DNA of 64,000 nt. Origin: an uncultured bacterium. GTDB taxonomy: Bacteria > Babelota > Babeliae > Babelales > Vermiphilaceae. The notes below the pieces were generated by a model. It was not told the origin of the DNA and searched no databases. It was given only the letters and a program-made list of their open reading frames with translations. Every line of letters starts with the position of its first letter. Positions within the stretch are counted from its first letter, which is position 1. Where the stretch lies: positions 64,001 to 128,000 of the forward strand of contig OY970212.1 in NCBI GenBank assembly GCA_963713925.1, in the 5' to 3' direction. Both the position numbers and the translations under genes were made by a program. Shown in pieces: positions 10,454-20,307 of this stretch.

Positions 10454-12001
10454 ATGAACAAAATATCCAATCAAAATATCTTCTTTTTCATCTTACTTTC
10501 TCTGTATTCGTATAATATATTCGCTGGATTTCCCGCAGGAACACCGGTTAAAACAACAAGTGGATATCAGCCAATTGAAACAATCAAATCAGGCCACCAT
10601 CTTACCTCGTATGATACAAATGCGGGCTTTATTGAAAATCGAGTAAATTTTTCTTGGGCACAAGCTACCGACATATGCATTGTTATCCATTATCTTGAAA
10701 CTGAACTGATTTCAAACGCAAAACAACAGTTTTATCTTCCTGAATCGGCTTCATGGGTTGCGGCACGTGAGTTAAAGCCAGGCGACAAATTGCTTTCGGC
10801 AAAACATGGACATATCGTCATTGATGCAGTTGAACAACTTCCTTTTGCAGGGTTTACTCATTGTGTACGCTTTGATAATATTCACAATTTTTGTGTATCG
10901 CACGATGACATCGTCACGCATAATAGCGCCGGCCTTACATGGAAAATGAGACTCTGGCCCCCTCCAACTCCTCTTGAAATCGGGCTAGGAGTTCTTTTTA
11001 CTGTTGGCGCAATTGTTGTAAGAAAAATCATGACCAATTTTGGGGCCCATGAAGATACGCATGGAAAAGATGGTGTTTATCGCGGGAATCAACATCTTGC
11101 TGATTTGCGATATCAATACAACCCTGAAACTGATTTTGATAATCCATATGCATATTATCACCACAAGCAAGAAACTGAGGGCTATTATAATCCAAATTAC
11201 GAACATTCTTCATCTTTCCTCAACAACGATGATATTTCTGCTCATAATGAAACGTACACAGGGCATCTTCATAATGAAGCTATCGCTCAAAACATATATC
11301 ATCAAAAAGTGTCCTCAACCCAAAATATTCCACCTGCGATTAGCATAGAGCCTTCAGTCGACAACAATGCGTTACAATCGGCTCAAGCTCCCACCCAAAC
11401 TTCGATTACCACAATTTCAGGTCTTAATACTGAAACTGCATACTGTCCGACAACAATTCCTGATCCGGAGGTTCGAAAACAGCCACATGGCTGCCCAACC
11501 CCGCCACCTCCTACACCAACTCACACCGGCGGAGAGCAAATACCAAAACACGAACCAACTATTTTTGTAACACCGACACAACCACCTCAAGAAAAACCAA
11601 CCGGTTGTTATCCACTTCCGTGGCCGGAAGGAACATCCTCCGGACTTATTCTCAAGCAAGAAATTACACGAGAGAGACCTGCTGCTCAAGGAGGTAAAAT
11701 AAAAACAGTTGACGACATTCTTAAAGACGCAGAACCATTTACTGACAATAAGAAGCGATCTGATCAAGGACGAGCCGACATCTATGTAAAGCCGGGAGGT
11801 TTTGATGATGCATTGCAAGATTTTGAATCGCTGGGGCCAACAAATATTAGAGAGATACGTAACGGTAATAAGGGAAAAGTTGGGGATTTGCCTGATGGAA
11901 GAACCGCAAATGTTCGAGTCAAGAGCGACGACGGAAGAGCGACACTCGAAATTTATAATCCAGTTGATGAGAAAAGTATAAAAATTAGATACGGAGAATA
12001 G
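10454..12001 (+). CDS. secreted polymorphic toxin: signal peptide, HINT domain, TM segment, Pro-rich linker, C-terminal toxin tip
   Basis: GFPAGTPV..G..PIE.I..G, W..A.EL..GD.L and HNF.V....I.THN HINT motifs; compact basic C-terminal domain; followed by small acidic genes. Confidence 0.8.
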   Translation: MNKISNQNIFFFILLSLYSYNIFAGFPAGTPVKTTSGYQPIETIKSGHHLTSYDTNAGFIENRVNFSWAQATDICIVIHYLETELISNAKQQFYLPESASWVAARELKPGDKLLSAKHGHIVIDAVEQLPFAGFTHCVRFDNIHNFCVSHDDIVTHNSAGLTWKMRLWPPPTPLEIGLGVLFTVGAIVVRKIMTNFGAHEDTHGKDGVYRGNQHLADLRYQYNPETDFDNPYAYYHHKQETEGYYNPNYEHSSSFLNNDDISAHNETYTGHLHNEAIAQNIYHQKVSSTQNIPPAISIEPSVDNNALQSAQAPTQTSITTISGLNTETAYCPTTIPDPEVRKQPHGCPTPPPPTPTHTGGEQIPKHEPTIFVTPTQPPQEKPTGCYPLPWPEGTSSGLILKQEITRERPAAQGGKIKTVDDILKDAEPFTDNKKRSDQGRADIYVKPGGFDDALQDFESLGPTNIREIRNGNKGKVGDLPDGRTANVRVKSDDGRATLEIYNPVDEKSIKIRYGE

Positions 12002-12004
12002 GAT

Positions 12005-12412
12005 ATGACTGAACAGTGGGAGCGCTGGGATCCAATGCCTGGGTTGCTAAAAAAATATTATGCCGAAAAAGTTATAGAAACTCCGAATGGATTCTCATTG
12101 ATGCTTATTGGATACGAAAAGAATCAAGAAAGTGAAATTTTGCTTGATTTTGGAAAATCGGTCAAGGCATACAGAAACGTTTATGAAACCTTTCGCGATA
12201 ACCTTATCATAGATTTGGATGAAAAATACGGAACAGGTTTCTATGGAGAGTGGACCTTTTTTAAAGTCAAAAATTCAGAGTATTTCAATCTTATCGAAAA
12301 AAAGTTTCTTGGAACCTCTCCAAATGCGTCCTTTTCACATTTTTGTTTGATCTTGGCAGAATCGGTTATCGATATTATAGCTTACGATGAACCAAAAATT
12401 ACCGTGTTATAA
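12005..12412 (+). CDS. putative cognate immunity protein
   Basis: Starts 3 nt after the toxin stop; paralogous to the next ORF. Confidence 0.65.
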   Translation: MTEQWERWDPMPGLLKKYYAEKVIETPNGFSLMLIGYEKNQESEILLDFGKSVKAYRNVYETFRDNLIIDLDEKYGTGFYGEWTFFKVKNSEYFNLIEKKFLGTSPNASFSHFCLILAESVIDIIAYDEPKITVL

Positions 12413-12431
12413 AAATGATTGGATCAAAATC

Positions 12432-12848
12432 ATGATATCCGAAAATTGGGAACGATGGGAACCGTTACCAAGCCTTTGCACAAAGTACTCCTTAGAAAAA
12501 ATAATAGAAGAAGGGGAAGTTTCTATAGTATTATCCGGTCACAAAAATGAGACAAGTAGAATCTTGCTAAAGATTAGCCGTCTGTTCGCCTATACAGTGA
12601 CGAAAAATTCATTCGACGATAAACTTTTTAACGATTTACAAGAAAAATACGGCCCTGAATTTCATACCACTTGGACCTTTTTCAAAGTCAATAATTCTGA
12701 TTTTATCAAATGGATTGATCAAGAATCATCCACTATTGCGTCCAGTTGGGCAAGGGAAGAAAAACCTATGCAACATTTTTGTTTGATTACCATGGAAGAA
12801 GTTATAGACATCATGGTGTACGGTGAACCAAAAATAACTCGGCTGTAG
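12432..12848 (+). CDS. putative immunity protein paralog
   Basis: Shares E.WERW.P.P.L..KY..EK, DL.EKYG..F...WTFFKV.NS and HFCLI..E.VIDI..Y.EPKIT.L with 12005-12412. Confidence 0.65.
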   Translation: MISENWERWEPLPSLCTKYSLEKIIEEGEVSIVLSGHKNETSRILLKISRLFAYTVTKNSFDDKLFNDLQEKYGPEFHTTWTFFKVNNSDFIKWIDQESSTIASSWAREEKPMQHFCLITMEEVIDIMVYGEPKITRL

Positions 12849-13022
12849 GCGCGACTGAGCTATGGGACGATTGCCCCGTTCTTCAAAGTATTCTACATAG
12901 AAAATCTTACCCTCCTACTCCAATTCTCCAAGTATTGCCGCTTTTCAAAATTCAAAAATGGGGTATCTTATTTCTATAAAGCTAGAAATCTAGACAGCTT
13001 ATTACAATAAAGGTACACAATC

Positions 13023-13325
13023 ATGCTATTTGGTTTGCTGACAACTCTCTTTATTATCATTGGAATTTTCCTTATACTCCTCGTTCTCATTCAGCAAGGT
13101 AAGGGAAATATGGGCTTTGGAAACATGGGTGGCGCTACCCAAATGATCTTTGGTGGATCAGGTGGACAAGACGTTTTCCAAAAAACTACCTGGGTTTTAG
13201 GAGCACTATTTATGGGACTTTCAATGCTTCTTGCTCTTATGCGGGCTCAAAGCCTTCCTTTCTATCACCATGCTCGTACCCAAGCTCCTGTGAGCGCACC
13301 GGCTCAAGCGGGGGATGTTGAGTAA
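13023..13325 (+). CDS. secG: preprotein translocase subunit SecG
   Basis: LILLVLIQQGKG, Gly-rich linker, FG, K.TW.L second TM. Confidence 0.9.
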   Translation: MLFGLLTTLFIIIGIFLILLVLIQQGKGNMGFGNMGGATQMIFGGSGGQDVFQKTTWVLGALFMGLSMLLALMRAQSLPFYHHARTQAPVSAPAQAGDVE

Positions 13326-13364
13326 ATGAATCTGTGGGAGATTATACAGTTGAGTTATTTTAAT

Positions 13365-13457
13365 GGGCCCCAAATAAGCCGATACCATTTCATCAAATCT
13401 TTCTACTTCGCTAAAGCTTCGTAGAACAAGTCGTAGAACAGGCGCCATTTGGGTAAG
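13365..13457. repeat. composite palindromic repeat (outer GGGCCCCAAA...TTTGGGTAAG with inner CTACTTCGCTAAAGCTTCGTAGAACAAG)
   Basis: The outer ends match 50725-50794 and 56370-56481(rc); the inner module matches 34014-34043(rc). Confidence 0.7.
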
Positions 13458-13463
13458 GACGGT

Positions 13464-14243
13464 ATGTTTGTAAGCGTGGTCAATTACATAGGTAAAGTTA
13501 CACTACATGTGAGTTCATTGTTAGGCTCATATGTGCTTTTTATCTTCTCCACGCTTAAAACACTCTTCACTACGCGCCTTAAACTTTCAAAACTGTTTGC
13601 TCAAATGGAAATGATCGGCGTTGAATCGCTGGTTATTGTTATTTTAACGGGGACATTCTCCGGAATGGTATTTGCGCTCCAAAGCTATATCGGCTTTAAA
13701 CGAGTCGGTGGCGAGCAGTTTATCGGGGCCATTGTCGCACTCGGTATGATCCGTGAGCTTGGGCCTGTGTTGACCGGGCTCATGGTGACCGGACGAGCTG
13801 GATCATCAATTGCCGCAGAAATTGGCACCATGCGCATCACCGAACAAATAGACGCATTGCGCACACTTCTTATCAATCCATTTCAATATCTCATAGTTCC
13901 CCGCATTATTGCAGGAACGATAATCCTCCCTTTTCTTGCGCTTTTCTCTATGATCTGCGGCATTGCCGGGGGTTATATTATCTGCGTCTATGTATTAGAA
14001 CTGAGCCCTGAAGACTACATGAGTAACATACGCACCTATGTTGAGATGAAAGATATTTTCGGCGGACTTACAAAATCAAGCGCATTTGGATTTATTCTCA
14101 GCTCAATTGGATCATATCAAGGCTATTTCACCGTCGGTGGAGCTCGAGGAGTCGGAATCTCAACAACACGAGCCGTTGTTGTTGGATCCATCATGATTTT
14201 AATCTCGAATTATTTCTTGACCAAAATGTTGGAGCATTTGTAA
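13464..14243 (+). CDS. mlaE: MlaE family ABC permease
   Basis: RELGPVLTGLMVTGRAGSSIAAEIGTMRITEQIDAL, GGARGVG.STTRAVV. Confidence 0.95.
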   Translation: MFVSVVNYIGKVTLHVSSLLGSYVLFIFSTLKTLFTTRLKLSKLFAQMEMIGVESLVIVILTGTFSGMVFALQSYIGFKRVGGEQFIGAIVALGMIRELGPVLTGLMVTGRAGSSIAAEIGTMRITEQIDALRTLLINPFQYLIVPRIIAGTIILPFLALFSMICGIAGGYIICVYVLELSPEDYMSNIRTYVEMKDIFGGLTKSSAFGFILSSIGSYQGYFTVGGARGVGISTTRAVVVGSIMILISNYFLTKMLEHL

Positions 14244-15011
14244 ATGAGTACAAAAATTTCAATAGTTGGGCTTAAAAAACAGTTTGGTTCAAAGACAATT
14301 ACTAATGGCGTTGATCTTGATATCCCTGCCGGACAAATGACCGTTATCATTGGTCGATCCGGTGAAGGTAAATCAGTATTACTCAAACAAATTATCGGAC
14401 TCATTGAGCCAAGCTCAGGCCATATTTATATCGATGGTATTGATATAACAAATGTCACTGAAGAACAACACAACGAAGTTCTTAAAAAATGTGGGTATGT
14501 TTTCCAGTTTGCCGCACTCTTGGATTCGCTTAATATTTATGAAAACATCGGTATCACTCTGCTGGAAAACGGCGTGTCCCATGAGCAAGTCTTGCTGATT
14601 GTCAAAGAAAAATTGGCACAAGTGAATCTTGAAATGGATGTTCTGTATAAATATCCTTCAGAACTGTCTGGAGGGATGAGAAAACGTGTTGGTCTTGCGC
14701 GCACATTGGTCACAAAGCCTGAAATTATCTTGTATGATGAGCCGACCACCGGGCTTGATCCAATTACTTCCAGAGTTATTCATGAACTCATGTTTCAAAT
14801 GCAAAAACAACTGGGTACAACAACAATAGTTATTTCACACGACGTTGAAATATTTAAATTTGCAGACAATGTGGCTTTGCTCCATGAGGGCAAAATTAGA
14901 TATTTCGGACCCGCAAAAACTATCTGGGAATGCGACAATCCATTCGTACATCAATTTATACGTGGTGATCTACACGGGCCTATAGCTTCAGAAGTTGCGC
15001 ATAGCGCGTAA
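14244..15011 (+). CDS. mlaF: MlaF family ABC ATPase
   Basis: GRSGEGKS, YPSELSGGMRKRVGLAR, YDEPTTGLDP; abuts mlaE. Confidence 0.92.
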   Translation: MSTKISIVGLKKQFGSKTITNGVDLDIPAGQMTVIIGRSGEGKSVLLKQIIGLIEPSSGHIYIDGIDITNVTEEQHNEVLKKCGYVFQFAALLDSLNIYENIGITLLENGVSHEQVLLIVKEKLAQVNLEMDVLYKYPSELSGGMRKRVGLARTLVTKPEIILYDEPTTGLDPITSRVIHELMFQMQKQLGTTTIVISHDVEIFKFADNVALLHEGKIRYFGPAKTIWECDNPFVHQFIRGDLHGPIASEVAHSA

Positions 15012-15132
15012 TGATATTTTTGACAAAAATGCATTTTTACATCACAATCAGGCTCGTTGAAATGTATGAAAGTACTGCAACAAAACCTCTATCCTTTGAT
15101 AAACGGAAGACATTTTTAATTGAAAGGTTTTT

Positions 15133-15933
15133 ATGAAAAAGCTGATTGTTTTTTTATCGGGATTCATATTTGCAACAGTCTGTTCAGCAAGTATCCTTGT
15201 TAATGGAAAGGTGAACGGTATCTCTTTTTCAAAAACGAGCTCACAATTGCGTGAGATTTTTGACAATCTTGATAAGTATCACTCAAAAATTCCCGTTTCT
15301 GTAACTATCGAAACTGAAAAAACAATCGGTTTGATTGAGCCGTACACCGGAAGACGATATAAAGAAACACAAAGGGAAACTATTTATGCAAATAAAGACA
15401 AAAGCTGGAATAAAAATAGCCAACTAGCAGACCGCACATGGACCCATGTTTTTTTTGGCGACGATAACGTAGTACGATTAATGGATTACGGTCTCAATCT
15501 ATACAACACAGACGCGAGAGATATATCATGCTTATCATTTCAGTTTGATGACAAAACTCTTGTTCGAAAATTTACAAAAGCAGCGGGGATGACAAGATTT
15601 CTAATTATTAATCGTGGAAACAAAAATCCTGTAGCGGTAGAAGTTGGAACAGGGGAATTTGATGATATATGGACGAAGTTTATAGAAAAAGCAAAAGCAA
15701 CAGGTAGTTTTAATGCAAAAAGTTTTGAAGTGATGGCCGGCTGCCGCAAAGAAGAGCGTGTCGTCATGATAAAAAAGAACGGTGCACTTGCTGCAGTAAT
15801 GAGACCTCATCTTATTGGGCATGAAGAGCTTCTTTTCAAAGAGCTCGACCCCTATAGCATTATTATAAGCTTTAACAACAATAACAAATCAGTTCGAGAT
15901 CTTGTGAAGGCTGTCAAAGAAGTGGCAGTTTAA
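15133..15933 (+). CDS. hypothetical secreted protein
   Basis: MKKL plus hydrophobic signal peptide; TTGACA at about 15020; downstream hairpin. Confidence 0.6.
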   Translation: MKKLIVFLSGFIFATVCSASILVNGKVNGISFSKTSSQLREIFDNLDKYHSKIPVSVTIETEKTIGLIEPYTGRRYKETQRETIYANKDKSWNKNSQLADRTWTHVFFGDDNVVRLMDYGLNLYNTDARDISCLSFQFDDKTLVRKFTKAAGMTRFLIINRGNKNPVAVEVGTGEFDDIWTKFIEKAKATGSFNAKSFEVMAGCRKEERVVMIKKNGALAAVMRPHLIGHEELLFKELDPYSIIISFNNNNKSVRDLVKAVKEVAV

Positions 15934-15940
15934 GTTTGAT

Positions 15941-15968
15941 GCTCCGGCTCCAATAGCCGGAGCTTTTA
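15941..15968 (+). terminator. intrinsic terminator
   Basis: GCTCCGGCT-ccaat-AGCCGGAGC followed by TTTT. Confidence 0.75.
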
Positions 15969-15993
15969 TTTTCAACACATTTTAAAGATTTGT

Positions 15994-16458
15994 ATGAAAA
16001 CACTCTTTATTTTTTTAGCAAGCACATTGTTCTGCATGCCCTGTGCTGGGGCCGAATTTTCTGTAAATTGCTTTGGGGCAGATGCAACATCTGCTAATCG
16101 AGGCTACATCTATGCCATGGTTAGTATAAGTCCCGCTTACGGTGAGATTAGAAACTATAATCGACGCTTGTTTGCTGCCGAATGGAAAAGTTTCATTAAG
16201 AGTTCTAAGTCGGAAAAAGAAGAAATAGGGTTCAGGATAACAACAACAGGAGCACAAAACAAATTTTATATTACAAAAGATCGAGGTCAATCAGATGCCA
16301 GTATTCAGGGCGTTGGGAAACGAGGAACGCCGTATCAATACAAAAATCTTTCTACTCAGATGAATAACGTAGAAACGGTTGTCATTACTTTTGCAAGGTC
16401 TCATCCATCAATTGATGATTTTATGAAGAAGATAGCATCAATCGCATTGCCTGATTAA
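15994..16458 (+). CDS. hypothetical secreted protein
   Basis: Signal-peptide-like N-terminus; 154 aa. Confidence 0.55.
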   Translation: MKTLFIFLASTLFCMPCAGAEFSVNCFGADATSANRGYIYAMVSISPAYGEIRNYNRRLFAAEWKSFIKSSKSEKEEIGFRITTTGAQNKFYITKDRGQSDASIQGVGKRGTPYQYKNLSTQMNNVETVVITFARSHPSIDDFMKKIASIALPD

Positions 16459-16501
16459 TCATTCATGAAAATTACTCACAAGTGAGTTGTAAGGAACCAT
16501 T

Positions 16502-16993
16502 TTGAAAAAGATCTTCTTAGTTTTAACTTGTGCAGCAGCTTTTTGCAATGCCGCAGAGCCACAATACGGGGTCCTTATTCAAATTTTTAAGATGATTGAT
16601 CCTGCCACAAAAAGTTATGACTTAGACATATATGTCGTAAATCGTCAATCTATTCGTCCTTTGTTTAATCACATTACATGTAACTGTGGAAACAGGAATA
16701 TTATTAGATTTGATATGTTTTTAAAAGAAGCTGATTCCTCGCCTGAAAGACCATCAAACAACATCTCGATTAAAATATCAAAAAAACCAGGAACTACCAG
16801 TTTTAAATATTCTTTTAAAGATAAAAATGGCGAATCAATCAGCTTTGAACAACTACCCTCTATTGTTGATCTGCCAAATCAGCTGGAAAGCGTAAATATG
16901 TGGATTCCCGTCGATGGGAACCATGCACAATTCTTGCAAACAGTACAGCAGACATTACAGCCATTTAAATACACAGAAAAGAAAGTTAAATAA
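16502..16993 (+). CDS. hypothetical secreted protein
   Basis: TTG start after AAGGA; signal-peptide-like N-terminus. Confidence 0.55.
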   Translation: MKKIFLVLTCAAAFCNAAEPQYGVLIQIFKMIDPATKSYDLDIYVVNRQSIRPLFNHITCNCGNRNIIRFDMFLKEADSSPERPSNNISIKISKKPGTTSFKYSFKDKNGESISFEQLPSIVDLPNQLESVNMWIPVDGNHAQFLQTVQQTLQPFKYTEKKVK

Positions 16994-17927
16994 CAAACCC
17001 GGATAATCGAGCACGTGCCTTAGTCTCCCCATCAAACAAGGCTCGCGATAGGCGTTCCACTTTTGTCTCAATGTCCTGCTCTTGTTCTTCCAAATCCAAG
17101 AGGGCTATCGATTCGGTGCGTATATTTTGCCGCATTTTTTCATAAAATTCAGGGCTAAATTCATCGTCGGTGATATCAAGAAAATAGCAATATCGCTCAA
17201 TAAGGGTCACAAACAGATCATTCAAATCATCCTGATCATCTATGATATTTGCCTCATGCAAACTGGAAAGTCCTTGCGCAATTGATTTACACATTGACCA
17301 GGTATCAAACCCATCGGCAGGATTCCAGACAAGTCGATTAATACATCCATCTAAAAATAATAACATTGTTTTTCTGACCTCTTCATTTGTCGCATCTTTA
17401 TTGAAATGAAATGAATTATTTAAAGAGTCGATAACATTCGAAGATAAATCACTTAAAAAAAGATCGGGATCTTGCTTGAAAGCATCAAAAGAATTTAAAA
17501 ATGACCCATATAATAGCTCAAACACAGCTTTTTTTGCCGGATCAACATCGGGAGCTTTGAATATCATAAAATAGTCAGATAATATCCCCGGCAATTGCCT
17601 GATACACTCGCTCAGCGCATGTGCATTCACATAGGAGCTGCCTTTGATTTTGTTTGCAAACAACCGCATCACAGACTTACAATAGACTCTTTTATTATTA
17701 TTTTTTTTGCCGTGCTTGAGAAACTGCAGCAAATGAGAAAAATCATGCGCTAAACAATCGAGTGCATAACGCGGGTGATTAAAACTGTATTTAAAAAAAT
17801 CAGAAATTCCCACATTGGAAAAATGGATTGGTTTATGAAAAAAACGTACTTCAGAATGCATTGAACATGCGGTGCTTACGAAAAACAACAGCGAACCCAC
17901 ATATTTATTATAATATCTCACTTGCAT
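16986..17927 (-). CDS. hypothetical all-helical protein
   Basis: 313-aa ORF with AAGGA RBS; no recognisable motif. Confidence 0.6.
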   Translation of the reverse strand: MQVRYYNKYVGSLLFFVSTACSMHSEVRFFHKPIHFSNVGISDFFKYSFNHPRYALDCLAHDFSHLLQFLKHGKKNNNKRVYCKSVMRLFANKIKGSSYVNAHALSECIRQLPGILSDYFMIFKAPDVDPAKKAVFELLYGSFLNSFDAFKQDPDLFLSDLSSNVIDSLNNSFHFNKDATNEEVRKTMLLFLDGCINRLVWNPADGFDTWSMCKSIAQGLSSLHEANIIDDQDDLNDLFVTLIERYCYFLDITDDEFSPEFYEKMRQNIRTESIALLDLEEQEQDIETKVERLSRALFDGETKARARLSGFVI

Positions 17928-18080
17928 TGGAAAATCCTTATGCTAAGGTGATACAAGACAGTTACAACAGAATTTTTTATTATCGTGTCCTCCTAAAATA
18001 ACCCAACATTGCCAGCATAAATAGAAAACGGTAACATTTTGGGTTTACTTCTAATGATAGAAAAAGAAAAAGGATTGTAA

Positions 18081-19292
18081 ATGGCATTATATTTTTACAA
18101 AGCGCTATCAAAAGATGGAAAGCGAGTCTCTGGACAGCTTGATGGTACCTCTGTAAATAATGCCAAAGAACAACTCGTTGCACGCGGCCTTTATCCAACC
18201 GAAGTACTTTCTGCCCAAGAACGAGCCGCATCGAGCTGGTGGCGGTCACTCTTTATCAAAGGTTTTAAGCTTAAGCAAAAAATTTATTTCACGAATCAAC
18301 TTATTGTTTTGCTCAAAGCAGGAATTCCACTTTTACAAGCGCTTGAATTGTTAACCGATCAGTTTAGCGGTTCATTACGGCAAATGCTCATTGCTATCAA
18401 AGATGATGTAAAACAAGGTACTTCCTTTGCGCAAGCAATTGCCCAATACCCCAAAAGTTTTGATTCTATTTATGTCCAACTCGTGCGCGCCGGAGAAGCG
18501 AGCGGTAAATTGGAAGTGGTTTTGGAACGATTAGTTGCATATCTTGAACGTAAGCAAGAAACATCAAAGCGCATCAAAGATGCCTTGATGATGCCAATTA
18601 TTCAGCTTGTGATTGCCGTTATCGTCACTGGCGTCATGCTTTATTTTGTTGTCCCCCAAATGGCAGAAACATTCACAAAAATGGGGACCAAACTTCCTGC
18701 TATTACAGAATTTGTCATGAAAATCTCTAACGGGTTGCGATCATATTTTCTACCAATACTGCTTGTTATCGGCGCTGTGATTGGGATTTTTTTCTACTGG
18801 AAATCAACGCCGAACGGAAAATATGCACTTGATGTCATAAAGCTTAAAATTCCGGGAGTTAGCTATTTTGTGCGCATGAATGCGGTCGTACAATTTTGTT
18901 ATACGCTCGGGCTGTTGCTTCAAAACGGTGTCAATTTAGCGGAAGCACTTGATATTGTAGTGCGTATTGTTAATAACCAAATTTTAGCGCAAACATTAAG
19001 CCAAGCGCGCGATAAAATCATCAAGCAAGGTAAAATTTCTGCCTACTTAAAACAAACAGAGTTATTTCCCCCTATGGCAATTTATTTAATTAATACGGGA
19101 GAACAATCGGGGGAGTTAGATACAATGCTTTTGAATGTTGCTCGAAATTATGAGGGAGAATTAATTGGCTGGACAGACTCTTTAACAGCTCTCATAAACC
19201 CAATAATGTTGGTATTTATGGCGCTCATAGTAGGGTCAATTATTGCAGCAATTATGCTACCAACATTCAGTGTGATGGATAATATTAAATAG
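18081..19292 (+). CDS. gspF: type II secretion system F / PilC family inner-membrane platform protein
   Basis: LLKAGIPLLQAL, RAGEASGKL, GEQSGELDTML; three TM segments. Confidence 0.9.
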   Translation: MALYFYKALSKDGKRVSGQLDGTSVNNAKEQLVARGLYPTEVLSAQERAASSWWRSLFIKGFKLKQKIYFTNQLIVLLKAGIPLLQALELLTDQFSGSLRQMLIAIKDDVKQGTSFAQAIAQYPKSFDSIYVQLVRAGEASGKLEVVLERLVAYLERKQETSKRIKDALMMPIIQLVIAVIVTGVMLYFVVPQMAETFTKMGTKLPAITEFVMKISNGLRSYFLPILLVIGAVIGIFFYWKSTPNGKYALDVIKLKIPGVSYFVRMNAVVQFCYTLGLLLQNGVNLAEALDIVVRIVNNQILAQTLSQARDKIIKQGKISAYLKQTELFPPMAIYLINTGEQSGELDTMLLNVARNYEGELIGWTDSLTALINPIMLVFMALIVGSIIAAIMLPTFSVMDNIK

Positions 19293-19328
19293 TGCATGAG
19301 TACAATAGTATTTTTTTGAAAGGATATT

Positions 19329-19742
19329 ATGAATAGTGTTGCTCACAAATCGTCCCTTCGTCAGGGATTTACCATTATCGAAATTACGATCGTACTTTTA
19401 ATAATTGGTATAATCGGTGGACTTCTTCTCATGAGACAACGTGGCGGCGGGGAAAGAGCGGCTCGTTTGGTTGTTACAAAACAACTACAACAAATTCAAG
19501 CTGCTCTCGATTCTTATGAACAAGATATGGATGGATATCCTGAACAGCTAAGCGATTTATGGACTCCGCCAAGTGACCAAGAAAAAGCAAACAAATGGTC
19601 TGAATATATCTCCAAACCGAAAGTTCCTGCCGGATGGAAGCCATATATTTATGAAAAAACAGAAGGCAGCGAGCGTCCATATGAACTAAGAGCTGTAAGA
19701 AAAGATGGCAAAGGCACAATCAATGCCGCGACTATGGAATAA
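19329..19742 (+). CDS. gspG: major pseudopilin GspG-like
   Basis: GFTIIE prepilin motif; AL..Y..D...YP..L..L; W.PY.Y. Confidence 0.75.
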   Translation: MNSVAHKSSLRQGFTIIEITIVLLIIGIIGGLLLMRQRGGGERAARLVVTKQLQQIQAALDSYEQDMDGYPEQLSDLWTPPSDQEKANKWSEYISKPKVPAGWKPYIYEKTEGSERPYELRAVRKDGKGTINAATME

Positions 19743-20307
19743 AAAACCCCAAGCATGGATTAAAGATGACCCTCAAAGGCCCGGTTTATACCCGGGCTTC
19801 ACCCTTATTGAAATTATTTTGGTAATCGGAATAATTGGGGTTATGGGTGGGCTTTTTTTACCATCTCTTTTCAGGCAGAAGCCAGACAAAGAAAGACGCA
19901 ACTTTATTGCATCACTCAATCATCTGACAAGTGTTGCTGTACGCAATGGCGCACGGACCGGAAAAATTCAACGTGTTTTATTTGAAATCAGGGAAAGAAA
20001 AATTAGTATCGATGAAGTCGAAAAGCCTGAACGTGGGGATCAAAAAATGGTGACGCGCCCGATCAAAGGAGCTTCACTTTCATCAATCAAAATCCCAAAA
20101 AACATCGATATTACGCGGTTTAGCATCGAAGGCATAAATGAATTTGAAGGTGGGGCGCGTGAAAGGGTCTGGTTTTTCATAATGCCAAGCGGCATTTCCC
20201 AAGACGTGCTCATCACGCTGGTAGACAAAAAAGACAAACGGGGCGGCAAAGCGCGCGTTGTTAATCTCAGTCTCAACCCGTTGCGCTCGGAATGGTTGGT
20301 GGTATGA
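19705..20307 (+). CDS. minor pseudopilin (GspH-like); start uncertain
   Basis: GFTLIE N-methylation motif followed by a hydrophobic helix. Confidence 0.7.
   Translation: MAKAQSMPRLWNKKPQAWIKDDPQRPGLYPGFTLIEIILVIGIIGVMGGLFLPSLFRQKPDKERRNFIASLNHLTSVAVRNGARTGKIQRVLFEIRERKISIDEVEKPERGDQKMVTRPIKGASLSSIKIPKNIDITRFSIEGINEFEGGARERVWFFIMPSGISQDVLITLVDKKDKRGGKARVVNLSLNPLRSEWLVV

Noticed and set aside
10526..10924. HINT domain as a self-splicing intein
   Set aside because: No N-terminal Cys/Ser, no host-protein context and no endonuclease; it fits a toxin-associated HINT better
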